From an uncultured Acidobacteriota bacterium (GTDB taxonomy: Bacteria; Acidobacteriota; Vicinamibacteria; Vicinamibacterales; CAVVIG01), in assembly GCA_963757355.1 (NCBI GenBank), contig CAVWRG010000003.1:1541120-1605119 (forward strand): a stretch of DNA of 64,000 nucleotides. The letters are read 5' to 3'. Below, one piece after another: positions 9,821 to 17,941 of the stretch. A program made the translations under genes and the position numbers. The notes under the pieces were generated by a model. It had not been told where the DNA came from and searched no databases. It saw only the letters and a program-made list of their open reading frames with translations. Positions within the stretch are counted from its first letter, which is position 1. Each line of letters begins with the position of its first letter.

Positions 9821-11260
9821 TTAAAGCGTTCCGGTGAGCGTCTGCAGTGCGGCCAGCGCCACCCGATACCGCACCAGTCCATCGTCGTACGCGTTGCGCG
9901 CGTCCCTCAGCGTGATCTGCGCGTCCACGACCTCGAGGACCGTCACTTCGCCGGCCTGATAGCGCAGCGTCGTCAAGCGAAGGCTCTCCGAGGCCAGATC
10001 GAGCGAGCTGCGAAGCGAGTCGGCCTGATCGCGGGCGACCTGCGCTTCGCGGTAGAACGTGTTGACGCTGGCGAGCAGCTGGCGCTGGGCGAGCGTGAGA
10101 TCCGCCTTCGCCTGCTGCACGCGCAGGTGCGCTTGCCGCAGCTTGCTTTGCGTGGCGCCCCAGTTCCAGAGCGGCATCGTCAGCTGTGCCTGAAAGGACG
10201 AGCCGAGAAGGAGGAAGCGGTCGGGGGGCGGCCCGTAAGTCGCAAACTGATTGGCGTTGATGCCATAGAAATAATCGAACGACACCGACGGCAGGTAGCC
10301 GCTGCGGGCCACGCTGACGCCGGACGTTTCCTCCTGCACGGAGGCTTCGGCTGCGCGGACGTCCGGGCTGTAACCGGTGGCGGCCGCGCGGACGCCTTCG
10401 AGCGGCGGCAGCGGGGCGACCTCCTGCAGGTCGTCGGCGACCGTGATGTCTTCGCGATAATCGGGAAACACGAGCACGGACAGTCCGAGGCGGCTCTTCA
10501 GGGCGGTCAGCTCGGCTTCCTGCGCGTCGCGCTGCCGCTGCACCACCTGAATCTGCGCCTTCACGACGTCGGCGTGCGCGACTTCGCCGGCGGTCTCCTG
10601 CCGCTGCGTGATCGTGAGAAACGTCTGCGCTTCCTGCAGGCTCTGGTTCGCATTGGCCGCCTTTCGGACGGATGCCACCAGCGTGTAGTAGTTCTGCACG
10701 ATCGTCGCGACGAGCCCGCGGCTCGCGACGTCGGCCCTCGCGCGCGCGACGGCCTCCGCGGCTGTCGCGCTCCGATATTCCGCCCATCTGCCCGGGTTGA
10801 AGACTTCGCCGTGGACCGTGAGCCAGGTGGTGTAGACGTTCGGTCCGTCGTTGGCGACGAAAACGCCCGACGGAGTGCCGTTCTCCTGCGTGTGGATGTA
10901 CTGGTTGAACTCGCTGAGCGACGGCAGCAGCGCCGCGCGCGCCTGCCTGCGATCTTCCGCGGCGAGATCGGCCGCCGTGATGGCCGCGCGGGCCTGCTGC
11001 GCGTTGAGGCGCGCCTGCGCCAGCGCCTCCTGGAGCGTCAGCGGCGTCGCTGGCGGCTGCGGCGACGGCGTCCCGGGCGGCTGCGGCGACGGCATCTGCA
11101 GGGCCGGCGGAACAGGCGTCTGCGCGACGGCCAGCCCCGCCAGCATCCACGAGACCACGATGAAAGTCGTGGCCCGCGGGCAGAGCAGGACTGAAGTCCT
11201 GCGCCACCAGACGCGGGCCTGAAGCAGCCGAGACGCTCTATCAGCGAGACGGTGGCTCAC
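9821..11260 (-). CDS. TolC-family outer membrane efflux protein
   Basis: Two TolC-type repeats (LTLQEALAQARLN.., AEDRRQARAALLPSLS.., LDLASESLRLTTLRYQAGEVTVLEVVDAQ). GTG 11260 lies 7 nt after the upstream stop and gives a charged n-region plus the hydrophobic core TTFIVVSWMLAGLAVA-QT. The alternative GTG at 11158 would lack an n-region. Confidence 0.85.
   Translation of the reverse strand: MSHRLADRASRLLQARVWWRRTSVLLCPRATTFIVVSWMLAGLAVAQTPVPPALQMPSPQPPGTPSPQPPATPLTLQEALAQARLNAQQARAAITAADLAAEDRRQARAALLPSLSEFNQYIHTQENGTPSGVFVANDGPNVYTTWLTVHGEVFNPGRWAEYRSATAAEAVARARADVASRGLVATIVQNYYTLVASVRKAANANQSLQEAQTFLTITQRQETAGEVAHADVVKAQIQVVQRQRDAQEAELTALKSRLGLSVLVFPDYREDITVADDLQEVAPLPPLEGVRAAATGYSPDVRAAEASVQEETSGVSVARSGYLPSVSFDYFYGINANQFATYGPPPDRFLLLGSSFQAQLTMPLWNWGATQSKLRQAHLRVQQAKADLTLAQRQLLASVNTFYREAQVARDQADSLRSSLDLASESLRLTTLRYQAGEVTVLEVVDAQITLRDARNAYDDGLVRYRVALAALQTLTGTL
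11184..11207. repeat. REP-like palindromic element, family A (reverse orientation)
   Basis: AGCAGGACTGAAGTCCTGCGCCAC is the reverse complement of GTGGCGCAGGACTTCAGTCCTGCT, which is also found at 12372, 12627 and 53690. Confidence 0.85.
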
Positions 11261-11267
11261 GATCGAC

Positions 11268-12293
11268 TCATTTCGCCATTTCGTACACGAGCACGCGGAA
11301 CGTGCCGGCGATCGGCTTCGCGCGGCCTGTGGATCCCGCCGCCTGCGGCTCGTAGTCGGTGATCGCAAGATAAATGGTATGCGTAACGGTATCCAGCGCC
11401 ATCGTGCGCGCACCGCGTTTGGTCTTGAGCGTCTGGACGACCTTCAGCACGGTCGGCGAATCCTCGTGCGCGACGGTCACCGTGCCCGCCTCGCCGTTCG
11501 AGCTGAAGGCGAGCTTCGTGCCCGGATCGAACCAGTTCGAGTCGACGCCCGCGCCGATCGGCGTGCTGTAGGCGACCTTGCCGTTCGTGTTGTCGATCAT
11601 GAGCATCAGCTTGTTGTCGCAGCCGATGAAGAGCCGGTGATTGGCGAGGTCGATCGCCATGCCCGACGCCGACTCGCCTGGCGCGATCGGCCACGTGTCA
11701 GTGACCTTGTGTGTCGCCGTGTCGATCACCTTGATCGCGTTCAGGTCCTCCATGTTCACGTACACCTTGCCGGCTTTGGGATCCGCCTGCGCGAACTCGG
11801 GCTTTCCTTCGAGCGGAATCGTCGCGACGACCTTGCCGGTCTGCGCGTCGAACACGGTGGATGATTTGCTCTTCCCGTTCATCGTGTAGACCTCTTTGCG
11901 CCCCGGCTCGTAGAGGATCGCGTCGGGATTTTCGCCCGTGTCCACCTTCTGAATCAGCTTCAGCGTCTTGAGATCGACGATGCTCGCCTTGTTCTCGCGG
12001 CCGTTGCTCGCGAAGCCGCGTCCGAGGTCCGCGGCGATCGCGAATCCGTGCACGCCCGGCGTATCGGGAATGTCGCCGACCACTTTGTTCGTCTGCGTGT
12101 CGATCACGACGACCTTGGTCGCGTGGCTGACGTAGAGGCGATGCGCCGCCGGGTCGACCGACGCGTAGTCCCAGCCGCCTTCACCGCCGATCGCGATCTC
12201 GCGGGCGAACTTGTACGGCCCGTCCTGCGCGTGCAGTCCGGGGATCGCCGCGAGGCCGACGAGTGCCATTACCGTCATGAGGTGTCTCATCAA
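11268..12293 (-). CDS. secreted YncE/YVTN-type beta-propeller repeat protein
   Basis: Signal peptide MMRHLMTVMALVGLAAIPGLHAQ. Repeated ..YV.....V.VID.. blades (HRLYVSHATKVVVIDTQTNKV, GKVYVNMEDLNAIKVIDTATHKV, HRLFIGCDNKLMLMID). Confidence 0.8.
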   Translation of the reverse strand: MMRHLMTVMALVGLAAIPGLHAQDGPYKFAREIAIGGEGGWDYASVDPAAHRLYVSHATKVVVIDTQTNKVVGDIPDTPGVHGFAIAADLGRGFASNGRENKASIVDLKTLKLIQKVDTGENPDAILYEPGRKEVYTMNGKSKSSTVFDAQTGKVVATIPLEGKPEFAQADPKAGKVYVNMEDLNAIKVIDTATHKVTDTWPIAPGESASGMAIDLANHRLFIGCDNKLMLMIDNTNGKVAYSTPIGAGVDSNWFDPGTKLAFSSNGEAGTVTVAHEDSPTVLKVVQTLKTKRGARTMALDTVTHTIYLAITDYEPQAAGSTGRAKPIAGTFRVLVYEMAK

Positions 12294-12371
12294 TCGCTCC
12301 TTGATCGCTGTGACCGTCGCTAGGGCAGGTCCTTTTGGACCCGCCTTGGCTTGTGAGGCCGTCCCGACGGT

Positions 12372-12395
12372 GTGGCGCAGGACTTTAGTCCTGCC
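12372..12395. repeat. REP-like palindromic element, family A
   Basis: GTGGCGCAGGACTTTAGTCCTGCC, with an inverted repeat GCAGGACT/AGTCCTGC. Confidence 0.85.
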
Positions 12396-12626
12396 GTGTC
12401 TGGCTGAAGGCGGACACGACCAACGATCGTATGCGTCATGTCGGTCGCGTCCGGCTTCAGCGAGCCTGAGCCCAACAGTCTAGTGCTTCGATCATGAATT
12501 CAGCATGAACCGCGGTCATGGTGTATTCATGCGGCCGTCGTTATGATCGCGCAGAACAGCTGACGGATTTCAGCCGACCGCTGCGACGTGCGCGTCGCGT
12601 GTCCGGCGATTGTGGGCCCGCGTCTC

Positions 12627-12650
12627 GTGGCGCAGGACTTCAGTCCTGCT
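12627..12650. repeat. REP-like palindromic element, family A
   Basis: GTGGCGCAGGACTTCAGTCCTGCT, 50 bp upstream of the second response regulator. Confidence 0.85.
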
Positions 12651-12699
12651 GATTCCGCGGGCTGGGCAGGTCTAAAGACCCTGTGACGGTTGATAGCAG

Positions 12700-13386
12700 A
12701 TGCGAGTGCTCCTCGTCGAAGACGAACCGAATGCGGCGCTGGTGCTCGCGAAAGGGCTGCGCGAGCAGGCGTACGCCGTGGATCTGGCCGCCGACGGCGA
12801 GGCCGCCGTGTTTCAAGCCGGCACGACCGACTACGATGCCGTCATCCTGGACGTGATGCTGCCGCTGAAAGACGGCTTCGCCGTGTGCCGGACGATTCGC
12901 GAATCGGGCTGCGCGGTGCCGATTCTGATGGTGACGGCGCGCGACGCGGTCGAGGCGCGGATCGAAGGGCTCGACTGCGGTGCGGACGACTACCTCGTGA
13001 AGCCGTTCGACTTCGGCGAGCTGCTGGCCCGGCTGCGCGCCTTGATTCGCCGCGGGCGGCAGCCTCTGCTGCAACAGCCGCTCATCGTCGGTCCGCTGAC
13101 GATCGACACGCGAGGCCGCCGTGTGCAGGTGCGCAACCGTGAGGTGTCGCTGACCGCGAAGGAGTACGCGCTGCTCGAATACCTGGCCCGTCGCGCGGGC
13201 GACGTGGTCAGCCGCGGGGATATCGCCGAGCACGTCTGGGACGAGCACTACGATCCGTTGTCGAATGTCGTCGACGTGTACGTGCAGCGGCTGCGGCGGA
13301 AGATCGATCGCGCCGGCGCCGAGTCGCTGATCCGGACGCGGCGGGGCGAAGGGTATCAGCTCGCCGCCGGCCCGGAGGGCGCATGA
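12700..13386 (+). CDS. OmpR/PhoB-family response regulator (pair 2, paralog of 634-1320)
   Basis: MRVLLVEDEPNAALVLAKGLREQAYAVD.. is colinear with pair 1 over its full length, roughly 60% identical by eye. Confidence 0.9.
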   Translation: MRVLLVEDEPNAALVLAKGLREQAYAVDLAADGEAAVFQAGTTDYDAVILDVMLPLKDGFAVCRTIRESGCAVPILMVTARDAVEARIEGLDCGADDYLVKPFDFGELLARLRALIRRGRQPLLQQPLIVGPLTIDTRGRRVQVRNREVSLTAKEYALLEYLARRAGDVVSRGDIAEHVWDEHYDPLSNVVDVYVQRLRRKIDRAGAESLIRTRRGEGYQLAAGPEGA

Positions 13387-14759
13387 TCGCGTGGACGCTC
13401 CGGACGCGGCTCACCGTCTGGTACACGTTCGCGCTGCTGGTGGTGCTCTCCCTGTTCGGCGCCGACGTGCTGTGGCAGCAGGGACGCATCGGCCTCCGGC
13501 GCGTGGACCGCGATCTCGAGGCGTTCACCGACACGCTCGCAAACGTGGTGAGCGACGAGCTGCACGAAAACCCGAATCCGGCCGTCGCGATGGCGGAGGC
13601 GCAGACGACCGTGACCGCGCCCGGCCGCGCGGTGGTGATTCTCGATGCGCACGGCGCGGCTATGGCCGCGAAGTGGAGCGGGCTGACGCTGGGCGAGCCG
13701 TGGCCGGACGCTGCGTCAGGCGCGCGGATGTGGACCGCCAAGACGCCGGCAGGCGCCTGGCGCGTGCACGCCCGCCCGCAGACATTCGGCGCCATGACGT
13801 TCGTGCTGCTCGTGGCCACGCCGCTCACGGATGTCCGGCGCGAACAGCGCGAAGTTCAGGAAGCGATGATCGTCGGCATTCCGATCGTTCTGCTGCTGGC
13901 TGGCGCCGGGGGCCTCTGGCTTGCGTCGATCGGGCTGCGTCCAATCACCGAAATGGCGCGCCGCGCGGCGAATATTCCGCTGAACGGCCTCGAGGATCTC
14001 GGACACACGGATCGCACCGACGAGCTCGGCCAGCTCGCCGGCGCCTTCAACGGTCTGGTGGCGCGGCTGCGTGCCGCGCTGCAGACGCAGCGTCAGTTCA
14101 TGGCGGATGCGTCGCACGAGCTTCGCACACCGGTGTCGGTGATCCGCACCGCGGCCGATGTCGCGCTGAGTCGCCCTCATCGCGCGGAGCCGGAGTATCG
14201 GGAAGCGCTCACGATCGCCGGCGGGGAAGCGCATCGGGTCGGGCGGCTCGTCGAGGACATGCTCGTCCTCGCCCGCGCGGACGCCGGCGGCTATCCGCTG
14301 CGGCCGGTGGATCTGTATCTGGACGAGGTCCTTGCAGATTGCCGTCGGGCGGTCGACGTGTTGGCGACCGAGCGCGGCGTCACGATCGATGCCGCGTCAG
14401 CGCCGGAGATGCCGTTTCGCGGCGACGAGGATCTGCTGCGCCAGATGGTCTTGAACGTGCTGCAGAATGCGGTGCAGCACACGCCGGCTGGCAGTGCCGT
14501 CATCGTCGAGACGGGACAGGATGTCGACGCGGTGATGATTCGCGTCCGGGACGCCGGGCGGGGGATTCCGCCTGCGGATCAATCGAGAGTGTTCGATCGA
14601 TTCGTCCAGCTCGATCCCGCGCGGCGCGGCCACGGCAGCGGTCTCGGCCTGCCGATCGCCCGATGGATCGCCGAAGCCCACGGTGGGACGCTGACGTTGG
14701 AGCAGAGTGGCCCAGGCGGCAGCACGTTCTCCGTCCGCCTGCCGAGTGTCAGAACGTAG
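13383..14759 (+). CDS. sensor histidine kinase (pair 2, paralog of 1317-2753)
   Basis: ATGA start/stop overlap. Same architecture as pair 1: MIAWTLRTRLTVWYT.., HAMP, FMADASHELRTPVS, GSGLGLPIARWIAEAHGG. Confidence 0.9.
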   Translation: MIAWTLRTRLTVWYTFALLVVLSLFGADVLWQQGRIGLRRVDRDLEAFTDTLANVVSDELHENPNPAVAMAEAQTTVTAPGRAVVILDAHGAAMAAKWSGLTLGEPWPDAASGARMWTAKTPAGAWRVHARPQTFGAMTFVLLVATPLTDVRREQREVQEAMIVGIPIVLLLAGAGGLWLASIGLRPITEMARRAANIPLNGLEDLGHTDRTDELGQLAGAFNGLVARLRAALQTQRQFMADASHELRTPVSVIRTAADVALSRPHRAEPEYREALTIAGGEAHRVGRLVEDMLVLARADAGGYPLRPVDLYLDEVLADCRRAVDVLATERGVTIDAASAPEMPFRGDEDLLRQMVLNVLQNAVQHTPAGSAVIVETGQDVDAVMIRVRDAGRGIPPADQSRVFDRFVQLDPARRGHGSGLGLPIARWIAEAHGGTLTLEQSGPGGSTFSVRLPSVRT

Positions 14760-14822
14760 CGCGAAGGCTTTTAGCCGAGCGTTGACGGACGCCGCGGCGC
14801 TCGGCTAAAGCCTTCGCGCTAC
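14756..14822. terminator. long perfect hairpin between convergent genes (family B repeat, two inverted copies)
   Basis: GTAGCGCGAAGGCTTT(T)AGCCGAGCG, a 16-nt loop, then CGCTCGGCTAAAGCCTTCGCGCTAC. The stem is about 25 bp. It starts at the kinase stop codon, 19 bp before the convergent M56 gene's stop. Confidence 0.7.
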
Positions 14823-14840
14823 TCGTTACCGCAGTGACTA

Positions 14841-15812
14841 TTACGGCAGCGCGTGGACGAGGACTTCGCTGACGTGATGCACCGACTGCAGCATCGGCGC
14901 GTAGCCGACGACGATGGCTCCGAGGGTGACGACGGTCGCGGTCCAGCACAGGACGCGAATGGCGATCGACGGCCGCTGCGCCGGCCGGCGATCCATCAGC
15001 CGCTCGACGCGCGAGGCGATTCCTTCGCCGCCCACCAGCGGGCTGGCGAGCGCGCTGAACGTGCGGTTCACCGGCGTGAGCCGCGCCACTTTGATCAGCG
15101 CCGACGCCAACGCCAGGCCCGTTCCCGAATCGTGCGCCGCCCGCGCATCCGCCGCCTGCTCCGCAGCCAGCGCCCAGTCCCGCTCGAGTCCGCGGCTGGC
15201 CGCCAGCAGCGATAACGCGTCCGGCGTCGCGCGCATGGCGAGCCGCTTCAGGTTGTCCCATGAGCCAAGATGGCCGACTTCGTGCTCGACCGCGGCTTGC
15301 AGTTCGTCCGGCGTGAGCGCGTCGATGAGCGGCCGCGTGACCAGCAACTTCGGGCGGAAGACGCCGACGAGCGTCATGGCCGGAACCGGCGCATCGAGAC
15401 AGTAGACCGGCGCCGGTGCGCCGGCGAGCGCGATCGGTTCCGCATGCGCCAGCCACGCGCGGGATCGTCCCGCCGCTTCGCGCAGCGCCGCCGCGCCGCG
15501 CCAGATCGCCGCCAGGAGGACGACGCACGCGACGCTGGCAAAAGAGGTCGTTGTGAGGCCGAAGGCTTCATCGAAATGGCGCGGCTCGAGCGTCCAGAAC
15601 GACGGCAGGAAGACTCCCGCGACGAACGCGATCGAAGCAACAGCGGGCAGCAGCCGCAGGATCAGCAGAACGCGGGCACGGACCGCCGGCGCCGACGCCG
15701 CGATCGCCGAGGCAGCGCCTCGATGAATCGCCGCGACGAACAGCGAGATCACGATGTTCAGCGCAAGGAACCAGGTGAACGCCAGCGTCACGCCGTAAAG
15801 GAAATAGGTCAC
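14841..15812 (-). CDS. M56-family peptidase, BlaR1/MecR1-like membrane signal transducer
   Basis: N-terminal TM segments, zinc motif HEVGHLGSWDNLKRL (HExxH). Overlaps the BlaI-like gene stop by 4 bp. Confidence 0.85.
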   Translation of the reverse strand: MTYFLYGVTLAFTWFLALNIVISLFVAAIHRGAASAIAASAPAVRARVLLILRLLPAVASIAFVAGVFLPSFWTLEPRHFDEAFGLTTTSFASVACVVLLAAIWRGAAALREAAGRSRAWLAHAEPIALAGAPAPVYCLDAPVPAMTLVGVFRPKLLVTRPLIDALTPDELQAAVEHEVGHLGSWDNLKRLAMRATPDALSLLAASRGLERDWALAAEQAADARAAHDSGTGLALASALIKVARLTPVNRTFSALASPLVGGEGIASRVERLMDRRPAQRPSIAIRVLCWTATVVTLGAIVVGYAPMLQSVHHVSEVLVHALP

Positions 15813-16252
15813 GGTGTGCGTTCCCGATTCAAGGCACGGCGCTTCTCGCGGATGAGGCGCTCGAGCTCTTCGAGCAGGGCGCGATCCCGATCGGACACGG
15901 CATCAACCAGCGACGAGAGCACCGGCAGCGGCTCACCCTCGCGCTGCAGCAGGCTGTGCACGAGCTCGGTCGCAACTGCGCCTTCAACCGCGTCGCGCGA
16001 TGCCGCCGCGGCATAGACGAACGCACGGCCGACCTTTCGACGCGTGAGCAGGCCCTTCTTGAACAGCCGATCCATCGTCGTCATGACCGTGGTGTAGGCC
16101 ACGCTCGGGCCGAAGTGGGCGCAAGCCTCGCGCACGCTGATCTCACCGCGTGCCCAGACGAGATCCATCGCGTCGCGCTCGAGCGCGCCGAGGCTGTTCT
16201 CGAGGATCTCGCGCGACGACTTGAAGCCCCAGAAGAGAAACGGCCTCCGCAT
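15809..16252 (-). CDS. BlaI/MecI/CopY-family transcriptional repressor
   Basis: LGALERDAMDLVWARGEISVREACAHF..YTTVMTTMDRLFKKGLLTRRKVGRAFVYAA matches the winged-helix penicillinase-repressor pattern. Confidence 0.85.
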   Translation of the reverse strand: MRRPFLFWGFKSSREILENSLGALERDAMDLVWARGEISVREACAHFGPSVAYTTVMTTMDRLFKKGLLTRRKVGRAFVYAAAASRDAVEGAVATELVHSLLQREGEPLPVLSSLVDAVSDRDRALLEELERLIREKRRALNRERTP

Positions 16253-16320
16253 CTTCGTGCAGCGTAATGACGCCGGCGGCTTCTGTCAAACGGATGTTGC
16301 GCCGGTCTGGTCCGGGCCGT

Positions 16321-17537
16321 TCATCGCGCCACCGCCGCGCCGGCGACCTTGCCAGTTGACCACGCCCACTGGAAGTTGAAGCCGCCAAGACGTCCGTCGA
16401 CGTCGAGCATTTCGCCGACGAGAAACAATCCCGGCTGCAGGCGTGATTCCATCGTGGCCGGATCGATCTCCGTCAGGTTGACGCCGCCCGCCGTCGCCTC
16501 GGCGACCGTGTAGCCGCGCGCGCCGCTGACCGCCAGCGGCCACGCCGCCAGCCCGTGCGCGAGGCGGCGCCGGTCGTCGCGGTTGAAGTGCGCGACCGGT
16601 GTAGCGCCATCGATCTCGAGACCCGTGAGCAACGCGCTCGCAACCGACGCCGGCATCATGGTGCCGAGCACATGCTGCACCGACGCCTTCGGCCGTGTGC
16701 GCGCCAGCTCTGTCCACGTCCGATCGATGGCGTCGAAGCCGCGCCGCCGCAGAAGTTCACGGTGACCGCCGCCGCCCTTCCCTCGAGCTCGGCGCGCAGC
16801 CAATGCCGCGACGCGTTGAGGGCGACCGGGCCGCTGACACCGACGTGCGTCCACAGCAGCGCGCCCGACAGCCGCTCGGAGACGATGCCGTCGATCCAGA
16901 TCGACAGCTCGACCTCGTGCGCGACGCCCGACAGGTTTCCGTGCAGCGTGTCGTGTTCCGCCAGGAGCAGCGGCGTCAACGCCGGCGTCAACGGCACGAT
17001 GGTGTGGCCCAACCGGCGCGCGATCTCGATGCCGGCGCCGTCGCTTCCGCTCTTCGGCAGGGATCGTCCACCCGTGGCGAGGACAACGCGCGTCGCCCGC
17101 ATCTCGCCTGTCGACGTAACGAGGCGGAAGCCGGCCGCGTCGGGCACGACGTCTTCGACGCGATGGCCGGCGTGCAGGACGCCGCCGGCGGCATCCACTT
17201 CGCGCAGCAGCGCCTCGAGAACATCGCGTGAACGATTCGAATCAGGAAACAGCTTGCCGTTCGCTTCTTCGTGAAGGCTGACGCCGAGCGCGGTGAAGAA
17301 CGCGATCGTCTCGGCGACAGGAAGCGCGCGGAGGATGCGGCGGATGATCGATCGGCGGCCGCCCCAGAAGTCGGCGTCCGTCACCGTGGCGTTGGTGACG
17401 TTGCACCGCGATCCGCCGCTCACGAGAATCTTCGCGCCCGGCTTCCGGGCGCCGTCCAGCAGCACGACGGATCGCGACGCGTTCGCGCGCCGCGCGAAGA
17501 TCGCGGTGGCCAGGCCGGCCGCGCCGGCGCCGACCAC
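16321..17537 (-). pseudogene. HI0933-like NAD(P)/FAD-dependent oxidoreductase, interrupted by a frameshift near 16740-16760
   Basis: N-terminal ORF 16656-17537: VVGAGAAGLATA.., ILVSGGSRCNVTN, LWTHVGVSGPVALN. C-terminal ORF 16321-16854: ..GFDAIDRTW.., GGVNLTEIDPATMESRLQPGLFLVGEMLDVDGRLGGFNFQWAWSTG. These are consecutive parts of one family member in different frames. The switch falls in the run TTCTGCGGCGGCGCGGCTTC. Confidence 0.8.
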
Positions 17538-17941
17538 GGCGGTGTCGACGGTATGAGGAAGCCCTGTATTCAGATCGCGAAGCTCACGATCGGGCCAGAA
17601 GCGTCATCGAAGTCTCTCGCTGAAGGTTTGGGGCACTGTTTATAGCGTATGGCTATTTGTGAAGTCAGTGGCCAGGACCGCTGGACGGCAGCTAGAGTGT
17701 CTCATTTCGCGAAAACTGTCCCGGAACGTGACGCTCGCAGCACAACGGCCAAAAGTAAGCCATTCAGACGATAGACCGCAGCTTTCTTCTGCTGGCCACC
17801 GATCGGTCATCGTCTCAATCTGGCACACGACGCGTAATCTGCCTTCATCCAGACTTCCTGTAAGTCGTTCTACCCACACAGATAGTCTGCGTAAGTACCA
17901 CTGTGTCATATGTGGTTCGGCACTTGCTCAAGTGTTGTCAT

